Origin: a virus
Lineage: Duplodnaviria; Caudoviricetes
Virus record (IMG/VR): IMGVR_UViG_3300033066_001910
Coordinates: 809-64,808 of that record
Length of the DNA: 64,000 nucleotides
Strand: one strand, 5' to 3'
This document shows, in pieces, positions 16,753 to 25,021 of this stretch (position 1 is the stretch's first letter; every line of letters begins with the position of its first letter). The notes under the pieces were generated by a model. It had not been told where the DNA came from. It was given only the letters and a program-made list of their open reading frames with translations, and ran no database searches. Position numbers and translations under genes: made by a program.

Positions 16753-16864
16753 CCGTCGTGGCTGGCCGGGTGGCGGTTGTTCGGGTAGAGTAGACGGTTC
16801 GGGGTTCCACAACAGCCGGGAGCGATGGTGCCGACGGCATTTATTCATCACACAGGGAGGACGT

Positions 16865-17395
16865 ATGAGCAAGCAAGTGCCATGGGATGTGATTCCAGAT
16901 AACACCGGGGTCGTGCTGCCGGAGCAGCTGTACAAGCTGGAGATCGACAGCATGGAAGAGACGCAGTCGTCGACCGGTAAGTACATGATCAAGGGCACGT
17001 TCAAGGTGTTGGAGCCGGATGCCCAGAAGGGGTTGCTGTACTTTGAGCAATTCGTGATCGGGCAGGATGGCGATTTGCAGGCCGAAGACCCGAAGACGTG
17101 GGCCAATGCCGTCGGGGCGAAGATCTGGAAGCAGGTCATCGACAAGGCGGGGGTGCCGAAGTCGGGCGATGTCGAGCAGGTGTGCATGGCCGCCAAGGGG
17201 CAGCAGGTGCTCGCGGAGCTGGGCATCGAGGTCGAGCAGAAGGAAGGGAAGTATAAGGGCACGGAGCGGAATCGCGCGCGCCGGTGGTATCGCATTGGTG
17301 AACGGCCGGTCGGCGGCGCCACGGGTGCGGCTGCGGCAGCCAACGGCAATGCGAAGGCGGGCAGTCCGCCGCCGTTCCGGCCTGGACAGGTGTAA
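16865..17395 (+). CDS. DUF669-like single-stranded DNA-binding protein (176 aa)
   Basis: GGGAGG SD; LPE..Y.L.I...EE..SSTGKYMI...F.V and Y.G.ERNR pattern; flexible tail; position next to recombinase. Confidence 0.7.
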   Translation: MSKQVPWDVIPDNTGVVLPEQLYKLEIDSMEETQSSTGKYMIKGTFKVLEPDAQKGLLYFEQFVIGQDGDLQAEDPKTWANAVGAKIWKQVIDKAGVPKSGDVEQVCMAAKGQQVLAELGIEVEQKEGKYKGTERNRARRWYRIGERPVGGATGAAAAANGNAKAGSPPPFRPGQV

Positions 17396-17456
17396 GTAGG
17401 AGGCAGTAGGTAGATTGCCTGAGGCGGCGTGGAAGGACACGCGATAGGCGGGAGAT

Positions 17457-17515
17457 GGGTGGAGTAAGACCCGAAAGGGTAAGCTCGTGGCCTGTTCGAT
17501 TCAGGCACTCGCCCG
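17457..17515 (+). ncRNA. tRNA-like element (acceptor-like stem plus T-arm, no anticodon arm)
   Basis: T-arm GCCTG-TTCGATT-CAGGC; GGGTG(G)AGT pairs with ACTCGCCC; ACCC-GAAA-GGGT hairpin; intergenic. Confidence 0.45.
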
Positions 17516-17623
17516 TAGTACAAGCCGGTATCAAGCCCGGCCCTCAGGCACAACACGTTCACTCTGGTCGGCGGCTGACACCCAGTGGGGCGGCCGCCGG
17601 CTATGATGCAGGGGAGGGCAAGG

Positions 17624-17953
17624 ATGGCAAGCAATGTACAAGATCCGAATGCGCTGTTAGACCATGGGCGGTATAAGGGCACGCCGTTGAAGGATGTGCC
17701 GGATAGTTATGTGAAGTGGATGATCGCGTACAGCGAGGGGGAGTTGCAGTTCTGGCAGGCGGAGCAGATGCGACGGCGGTTTGCCCAGACGGGTAAGGAT
17801 GGGGCGCCGGTGATCGTCGAGATGGCAAAGGTGGTGACGAAGGTCATGGAGGAGAATCCGGCGTTCGGGGCAGATGCCGACGTGCGGAAGTTTGTCGACT
17901 GGGCGCGGCAAGCGGCGGCCACCGTGGCGGCCAAGGACGAGGTGGCCCGATGA
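17624..17953 (+). CDS. small protein with a DUF3820 / ExoX-C-terminal-like motif (109 aa)
   Basis: GRYKGTPLKDVPDSYVKWM; GGAGG SD. Confidence 0.7.
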   Translation: MASNVQDPNALLDHGRYKGTPLKDVPDSYVKWMIAYSEGELQFWQAEQMRRRFAQTGKDGAPVIVEMAKVVTKVMEENPAFGADADVRKFVDWARQAAATVAAKDEVAR

Positions 17954-18297
17954 GCACACTCGACAGCACAGAACGGTTTCCTTGGGCGCGGTATGACGGC
18001 AAACTGGCGCAGATGCGGGCCATCTGTGTGGATCGCGACAGCAAAGGGCGCAATCACGACACGCCGATGCTCGAGCTGTACACGGTGGCCGACTTGGTCA
18101 GCGAGCTGAAGCACCGGCAGGCACGGCTGGCCGGGGCCGACAAGTACATTGCCGAAGCGATTGACCACGAGCATCATCGGGCGGCCATGAAGACGGCCGT
18201 CGAAGACGCGCTGGACATGGCGAACTATGCCGTGTTTCTGGCCGTCAAGCTGGAGTCGTTGTACGACGCCTTTGCGCAGAAAGGGCAGACCACATGA
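17950..18297 (+). CDS. all-alpha NTP-pyrophosphohydrolase-like protein (DUF1599/Nmad1- or MazG-like, 115 aa)
   Basis: EDALDMANYAVF motif; coupled to the polymerase start. Confidence 0.55.
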   Translation: MSTLDSTERFPWARYDGKLAQMRAICVDRDSKGRNHDTPMLELYTVADLVSELKHRQARLAGADKYIAEAIDHEHHRAAMKTAVEDALDMANYAVFLAVKLESLYDAFAQKGQTT

Positions 18298-20879
18298 CGG
18301 GTGCGCGGTTGGCGGCTGGCCCACTGACCGCGCGCATCATCGTCGTCGTCGACAGCGCGCGCAAGTGGGATGTGATCAAAGAGGGCCTGCTGGTCGGACC
18401 GGCGGGCTCTCGTTTTGAGGAGTGGTTGGCGGCCGTGGGCCTACGTCGCGGCGATGTGTATGTCACGACGCTGGTGACGGATCGGGTGACGAAGGACAAC
18501 CTGCGGACGCAACCGAAGGCGGCGGTGGAGTACGCGGTCGAGCAGCTGCATCAGCGGCTGGCAAAGTTGACCGACCCGTGGGTGATCGTGCCGATGGACG
18601 AGGTGGCGCTGACGGCGCTGACGGGCAAGCGGAAGCTGTCGAAGTGGCGGGGGAGTATTCTGCAGTATGTCGACGGGCGCGGCCGGGCCATCAAGGTGAT
18701 TCCGACGTTGCATCCACAGGAGACGTTTCGAACGCCGACGCTCGAGCGGTGGTGCCGGTATGATTGGGCGCGCATCGCCGGCGACAGCCAGTTCCGCGAG
18801 CTGCGGCTGCCGGAGCGGGCGTTGCATATCCGGCCGACGATGCGGGACGTCGAACAGTTCGTTCGGGACTTGCCGGCGTTCCAAGCGGTGAGTATCGATA
18901 TCGAGACGCCGAGGCAGATCGTCCTGCGGGAGAAGGTGTTGAAGTCGGGGAAGACGAAGATTACCAAGTCGTATGGACCGAGCCGGATTACCTGCATTGC
19001 GTTTGCGCCGGCGGCAAATTGGGCGATCTGTGTGCCGACGACAGCCGACTACTGGGGGAATAAGGCGGACGTGCAGTATGTGTGGCAGTTGGTCAAGGCG
19101 GTCTGTGAGCACCCGGTGGCGAAGATCCTGCAGAACGGGCTGTTCGATCGGTTTCACCTGAAGCGTGAGCGCGATATCGACGTCGTGAACCACAAGTGGG
19201 ACACCTTGTGCCTGAGCCACGCGGACGACAGCGCGAGCAAACACAGCCTGGCGAAGTTGGCCAGCGTGTGGACCCGTGAGCCGTATTGGAAGGACGATGC
19301 GAAGGACTTGGACGATGATGACGGGGAGTGCGACTTTGAGGACGTGAAGTCGATCGATGACTTTTGGCGGTATTGTGCGAAGGACAGTGCCGTGACGTAT
19401 GAGATCAAGGACCGCATCGTGCCGGTGTTGGAGGCGGATGGTAAGCTGGGGCGCTATCTGCAGCATTACCCGCCGTTGTTTGACCCGTTGTTGAAGATGA
19501 TGCTTGATGGGGTACGGCAGGATCCGCATACGAAGGCGGCGCACCTGCAGCAGTTGGATGTGGCGTTGGCGGCGCATCGCGTCGACCTGGACCTCGAGAC
19601 GACGCAGGCGGTGAAGTATCGCGACGGGACGCCGTACGGCAAGTCGATTATCGCGACGAAGGCGATCAGCAACAAGCTGCTGCAGGAGGTACTGTACGAG
19701 GTGCTGCGGTTGCCGAAGCGGGAACGGCTGCGGAAGGACACCGGGGAGAAGTCGACCACGGCGGACTCGGTGGCGCTGCGGAGCCTGGCACTGCGGCACA
19801 AGGCGGCCTGCGGGCGGCTCGTCGAGCTGATCCTGGCGTATCGGCGGACGGGCAAGATCAAGGACTTTATCAAGGAGGGCGTCGCCGATGCGGATCATCG
19901 TGTACGGTGCCAGTACAAATTTACAACAGAGACTCATCGACTGGCTAGCAGCAAGAATCCAGGGCGGACCGGTCAAAATTTGCAGAATGTCGATCATTCC
20001 GTACGACGACACTATCTATCTGATCCTGGGACGGTATTCATCGAGCTTGACGCCAGCCAGGCCGAAGACCGCATCGTCAAAGTCCTCGCGTACCTCCTCA
20101 CGGGCAACAAAGACCTCCTCTGGCGGGCGCAGGCGCAGCCCTGGGAAAACGACGAGCACAAGCGCGCCGCGGCGGCGATCTTCAATGTCGACCTCGCGGC
20201 CGTCACCAAACCGCAGCGCACCCTTGGCAAGACGAGCCGCCACGCCGGCAACTACGGCATGGGCGGAAAAACGCACTCCGAAAACCTCCTCAAGAAGGGC
20301 GTCGTCATCACGCCCGACGAAGCGCAGACGATGATCGATGCGATTATGGCGGCCGACCCGGAGATTGCTGAGTGGCAGCGGGCGACCCGGATCGCCGTCA
20401 TGCGCGATCGCAGCGTTACCAATGTGTGGGGCTGGGCGTTGTCGTTTCGGTACGACCGGCTGGACGACGCGGTGTACCGGCGGGCCTATGCCTACCGGCC
20501 GCAGAGTGACTGCGGCATCATGACGAACCTCAATGGGATTATTCCGTTGTGGACGTGGCTACATGAGCAACGGCGGCGGACGCGATCGGTCGCCTGGGCG
20601 ATGACACGGCTGGCGTTGCAAGTCCACGATGCGATCATTGTCTGCTGTCCGCCGGAGACGGCCTACGACGTCGCCTGGTTCCTGAAGCAGCACCTGGAGA
20701 CGCCGTTGCCGTACGACGGTGGCCGGTGTCCGCTCGTGATTCCGGCGACGCTGAAGATCGGCACCAGCTGGGAAATGTCGAAGGAGTATCTGCGGTTTCC
20801 GACGCGTGAGGAGCTGGAGGGCGAGTGCCGGCAGCTGCTGGCCAGTCAGCGGGAATTGGCCACGGCGGCCGTCGGTTGA
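18294..20879 (+). CDS. polA: family A DNA polymerase with N-terminal UDG-like and 3'-5' exonuclease domains (861 aa)
   Basis: UDG-like LVGPAG..GL.R..VY, PTLHP; ExoI DIET, ExoII NGLFD, ExoIII YCAKD; motif A DASQAE, motif B RTLGKTSRHAGNYG, motif C QVHDAI. Confidence 0.95.
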   Translation: MTGARLAAGPLTARIIVVVDSARKWDVIKEGLLVGPAGSRFEEWLAAVGLRRGDVYVTTLVTDRVTKDNLRTQPKAAVEYAVEQLHQRLAKLTDPWVIVPMDEVALTALTGKRKLSKWRGSILQYVDGRGRAIKVIPTLHPQETFRTPTLERWCRYDWARIAGDSQFRELRLPERALHIRPTMRDVEQFVRDLPAFQAVSIDIETPRQIVLREKVLKSGKTKITKSYGPSRITCIAFAPAANWAICVPTTADYWGNKADVQYVWQLVKAVCEHPVAKILQNGLFDRFHLKRERDIDVVNHKWDTLCLSHADDSASKHSLAKLASVWTREPYWKDDAKDLDDDDGECDFEDVKSIDDFWRYCAKDSAVTYEIKDRIVPVLEADGKLGRYLQHYPPLFDPLLKMMLDGVRQDPHTKAAHLQQLDVALAAHRVDLDLETTQAVKYRDGTPYGKSIIATKAISNKLLQEVLYEVLRLPKRERLRKDTGEKSTTADSVALRSLALRHKAACGRLVELILAYRRTGKIKDFIKEGVADADHRVRCQYKFTTETHRLASSKNPGRTGQNLQNVDHSVRRHYLSDPGTVFIELDASQAEDRIVKVLAYLLTGNKDLLWRAQAQPWENDEHKRAAAAIFNVDLAAVTKPQRTLGKTSRHAGNYGMGGKTHSENLLKKGVVITPDEAQTMIDAIMAADPEIAEWQRATRIAVMRDRSVTNVWGWALSFRYDRLDDAVYRRAYAYRPQSDCGIMTNLNGIIPLWTWLHEQRRRTRSVAWAMTRLALQVHDAIIVCCPPETAYDVAWFLKQHLETPLPYDGGRCPLVIPATLKIGTSWEMSKEYLRFPTREELEGECRQLLASQRELATAAVG

Positions 20880-20903
20880 CACCCGGCGATTCCGTGCTAT
20901 GGT
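20876..20903 (+). promoter_or_regulatory. sigma70-type promoter
   Basis: TTGACA-N16-TATGGT with an extended -10 TG. Confidence 0.6.
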
Positions 20904-20970
20904 AAGGGCTGACGGGCGTGGGCGAAGGGAGGGTGAGTACGTAACATGACACACGAAGGAGGAGGACGGA

Positions 20971-21267
20971 ATGGCAAGCAAACGCGTGCGATCAATGGTG
21001 CCCGCTTTGACGTTTGGCGCGGGGAGCAGCAAAGTGGAACTGAAGCCGGGGCGCCGGGGCAAAATCCAGCTGACTGGCAATGGTCTGTTCTCGCTCGACG
21101 AATTGGATCTGGTAGTGCAACGGATCGGCGAGTGGGTGCGGTCACAGAGGCCGTTGCCAACGTTGCCCCCATTGCCGGAGGGCAGGCGTATGGAGCCCGC
21201 TGGATTGAGCGACTCCCGCGGCGACAGGTTTGCCCTCGATGCACAGTCCCTGGAAGTGTTGGATTGA
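20971..21267 (+). CDS. hypothetical protein (98 aa)
   Basis: GGAGGA SD downstream of the promoter. Confidence 0.6.
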   Translation: MASKRVRSMVPALTFGAGSSKVELKPGRRGKIQLTGNGLFSLDELDLVVQRIGEWVRSQRPLPTLPPLPEGRRMEPAGLSDSRGDRFALDAQSLEVLD

Positions 21268-21341
21268 TGGTGCGAGAGTCGGTCGTGGGGGAGTATCGGC
21301 TGATCTGGAACCGGTGTGTCAATTGCGGCCATAGGTGCTGA
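21231..21341 (+). CDS. zinc-ribbon segment (CPRC..GLMVRE..RCVNCG), start codon unclear
   Basis: Same pattern as 9522-9830; no clear start codon nearby; overlaps the previous ORF. Confidence 0.35.
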   Translation, partial: CPRCTVPGSVGLMVRESVVGEYRLIWNRCVNCGHRC

Positions 21342-21438
21342 GATGCGGGACGTCTGGGTGTTTTTACGTAAAGTCACAGACAAGGTGAACCATCAACACG
21401 GCAGTTAATCAGCTTCGATTCGACCTTCAACGACATCC

Positions 21439-22686
21439 ATGAATTTCCTCGATCGGTATATCCATACCGCTGGGGTGACGTTTACGCCCCCAGCGTTCCA
21501 CCGGTGGGCCTGCTTGTCGCTCGTGGCGGCGGCACTGGCCGACCGGGTCTGGATCGAGAAGTTGAAGAAGCAGGTGTACCCGAATCTGTATGTGCTGCTG
21601 GTGGGGCCGAGTGGCTGTGGCAAGGGCGAGGCCATCGACACGGCACTGGCGCACGCGAAAGGCGTGCCGTCGGTGTTGAGCCGGATTCTGCGCGGTGGCC
21701 TGACGAAGCAGCGCTTGCTGGACATCTTGGGCGGGCGCACGACCAAACGCGAACGCGGCGAGGCGGTTGTGGCCGAGCAGGAGGCGAACAAGGCACCATG
21801 GATCGTCTACCCGGAGTTGTACAACAGTCTGGGCGCGGGCGGGCCGATCGCCGAGTCGTTCATTGCCAACCTGACCGATCTGTACAGCGGCAGCCCGGTG
21901 CCGATGACCGAGGGTACGCGGACTTGGGGTGACGTCGTCATCGAGAAGTACATTCTCAATTGGCTCGCCGGGACGACGGAATCGTGGCTGAAGAAGTCGC
22001 TGTCGCCGGAGGCTATTCTCAGCGGGTTCTTTGGGCGCACGGTGACGATCGTCGGCACCTATCAGGACCGCTGGGTGGAGGCCGTTTTTCCGCCGAACTA
22101 CAACGATCTGTTGCGGCTGTGCCAGGGGCAGCTCGAGCAGATTGCCCAGATGGCTGGGCCGGTCGCGATGACCCACGAAGCCCAGGTGGTGCGGGTGCAG
22201 TGGATGCAGTCACGCGAGGTGCCGACCGATATGTTCTTGCGGCCAATGTACCAGCGCGATGACGATCTGTTCTTGAAGTTGTGTATGGTGCTGGCGGCCT
22301 GCGACCTGTCGTACACGGTGACACGCGAGCATGCGATACGGGCACGCGACTTGGTGCGCGAGCGCTGGAGCCCGGGGGCGGCGTTGGTCCGGGTGGCGCA
22401 AAGCCGACCCGAGTCAGATCAGCTGGAGACGATTAGTGCCTATATCCGCCAGGCCGGACGTATCGACCATTCGACCTTAGTCCATAAGTGCAGTGGGCGG
22501 GGGATTATGGCCAAGACGGTCAACGGTGTCGTGGACACACTGATGCAGGGCGGCCGGGTGGCGGTCGACTTTACCGGCCGGAAGAAGTGGTATCAGTGGC
22601 AGGCGGCCGGGCGGATCCCGGATTCGGCGGCTGAACCGGCAGAGGCGGCGCCCCAGGAGGCGGTCCTTCCGGTCCAAACCAGCTAG
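21439..22686 (+). CDS. DUF3987-like P-loop ATPase (phage replicative helicase-type, 415 aa)
   Basis: FHRW..LS.VAAAL..RVW, YPNLYVLLVGPSGCGKG, ELYNSL, GFFGR; C-terminal winged-helix-like segment. Confidence 0.75.
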   Translation: MNFLDRYIHTAGVTFTPPAFHRWACLSLVAAALADRVWIEKLKKQVYPNLYVLLVGPSGCGKGEAIDTALAHAKGVPSVLSRILRGGLTKQRLLDILGGRTTKRERGEAVVAEQEANKAPWIVYPELYNSLGAGGPIAESFIANLTDLYSGSPVPMTEGTRTWGDVVIEKYILNWLAGTTESWLKKSLSPEAILSGFFGRTVTIVGTYQDRWVEAVFPPNYNDLLRLCQGQLEQIAQMAGPVAMTHEAQVVRVQWMQSREVPTDMFLRPMYQRDDDLFLKLCMVLAACDLSYTVTREHAIRARDLVRERWSPGAALVRVAQSRPESDQLETISAYIRQAGRIDHSTLVHKCSGRGIMAKTVNGVVDTLMQGGRVAVDFTGRKKWYQWQAAGRIPDSAAEPAEAAPQEAVLPVQTS

Positions 22687-25021
22687 CGGGTACTTCGTAG
22701 ACGGGCATTTTGTCGGCGGCCGCCAGAGCTTTGATACGTGCCGCGACGCGAACAGCTTCCTTTGCAGTCGGTGGAATCGTGTAGCCGATCGACAGCCAAT
22801 GGGCCACTTGTGGACGCATCAGCATCCATGAGAGCGCGCCCGGGATAATCATCACTGCGGCAGCCCGTCCGGGTTGCATATTGCTGTACATCATCGACAT
22901 GGCGACGCTACCTTGGCCGACACGGATCAGGTTTTGATGTGTGTTGCTCAGGCTGCCTTGGGAACGTTCCATGGCAGTGGCGATGGCGCGCAAGTCGTTC
23001 GCGTGCTGGCGGCCCATTACTGAGTTGAGGGTGTCGCCGTACTTGAAGAGCACATTGGTGAGCGACTTGCCAGACGGGTCCGCACCGGCTTCGTTCACGA
23101 GGTGTTCAGTGAAGAGGCGACGGAATTCAGTCGTGTCCTCGGGGCGGCCGAGCAGTTGGCGCATGGCATCCATGCGGACAGGGCGGTTCTTGCCGAAAAG
23201 GCCGCCGGCCAGGGCGTCCGATGGACCGTTCATCAAGCGGGCGATGTTTGGGTCTTCGAACTGCTGGATGCCGATGAGGCCGCGTTGCGGGTCGCCGCGG
23301 TACATACGGTTGACGAGGCGATAGGCGGCCAGGGCTTGCGGGTTCAAGGCGTTACCGGCGAGGTCGATTTGGCGGTCTAGGGCCTGCGAGAGGCTTTCGC
23401 CCATGGCGGGCACCTGGCCCTGGACGACGGCTTCCGGGTCGCGCAGCTTCATCAAGTCGCTACGTAGTTGTGCGGCGTCGCGAAAAGAGACGGTATTGGG
23501 GCGGCGAAGGAGGTCGTTGACGAGTTTCGTCGTCGCACCGTCGACGATACCGCCACTGTGTTGGATCCACCGTTGGGCCGCGGCGAGCTTGATCGGCTCG
23601 ATGTCGACCCAGATGGGGTTTTGGGCGTTGAGGCGATCGACCGTGGCGTAGCCAGCGTCCATGCGTTGTTTGAAGGCCTCCAGCTCCTGCTGGTAGCGTT
23701 GTTGCAGGTGGCCGCCACGTTCGGCCTGTGTGCTACCTTGGCTGGTGAATTGGTTTGGGTAATCGCGAAAGGCTCGGGTGGCCAGTTGTTCTGCTTGTTC
23801 GCGACCTTTGTTGATGGTGCCGCCGCCGATCGTTGCCCCGAGAGATTTTTCGACGATGTTGAAGCCCGGGCTGTCGACGAGGACGCTCGGCGGGATCGCT
23901 CGCGTCTCGTGCGGCTGCCGTTGGGCATCAAGGATCTGCTTGGTGCGCGTGGCGTCGGGCGTCAGACGGCTGCGGTAGGGGGCGGCGAGCCATTCGAGGC
24001 CGCGGACGGCAGCGCGACCGGCGCCTTCGCCGAGCGCGCCACCTTCGGCCGCCTGTTCGGCACGTTTGACGGCGTCCTGTGGCGACTTGGACGGATCGAA
24101 GGTTTCGCTGGCCAGACTGCCCACGGCACCGCCGACGGCTGCACCGCCTGCTTTGCTGGCAATTTGGGCGATCCGGGCCACGAGTGTCGGGAAGCGTGCG
24201 GCTGCGATCGGGACGGCGACTTCTGGAGCCAACATGGCGCCGCCTGTCATCGCCGCCAGTTCGACTGCGATACGACCGGCTTCGCGCGGGTGCTCTTTGG
24301 CCCATTGGGCGCCATGTTTGACCATGTCGTATGCGCCGGTAATCGCTCGTTCTGGGTGTGACAACGTGTCGAAGAAGCCGCCGCCTGGCGGAGGTGTTGC
24401 GGTGGTACGCCAGGCGTCAATCGACGTCGGCTTGGGCGTGCCAGCTTTGTCAGTCAGCGTCGGCACGGGCACCGGTGCCGGAGGTGTATCAGCATAGACC
24501 TGATCATTGGCCTGTTGGATCGCCGTGTCAGGCAGCGTGAATTCACTTCGGGCCTTCTGCACCTTCGGAACGTAGGCTTGTGTTTCGGCAGGCAGCGGGC
24601 CGCCTTTGGCCACTCGACCAGGCCCGGCATTGTAGGCCGCCAAAGCTTTATCGCGGTCGCCGCCGAATTGCTTCAACAGTCGGCTATAGTACTTTGTCCC
24701 ACCTTCGATGGATTGTTTCGGGTCGCGTCGGTCGACGATGCCCATTTCGGCAGCCGTCGGACCCATCATCTGCATCAGGCCTTCGGCGCCCGCGGGCGAG
24801 ACGGCGTTCGGGTTAAAGTTCGACTCAGTTTTCATGATGCCGTAGATGTCGGCCGGGTCGACGCCATACTTTTTTGACGTATCGGAAACGAGGCTAGCGT
24901 ACGGCTGGAATTGTGGCGCAAAGCCGGTCGGCGGAGCCACAGGCGCCGGAGGCGCGCCGGGCGGCGGCACTTTGGTGGCGCCTTGGGTGCTGCCTTGGCT
25001 GAGCCAATCGTCAATGTTCAC
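22683..25021 (-). CDS. internal virion/ejection protein with a lytic transglycosylase (SLT) domain (816 aa)
   Basis: IMKTESNFNPNAVSPAGAEGLMQ..ALAAYNAGPG; last gene of the virion operon. Confidence 0.85.

Noticed and set aside
17457-17515. Canonical tRNA gene
   Set aside because: Only ~59 nt, with no anticodon arm and no CCA; kept only as a tRNA-like element.
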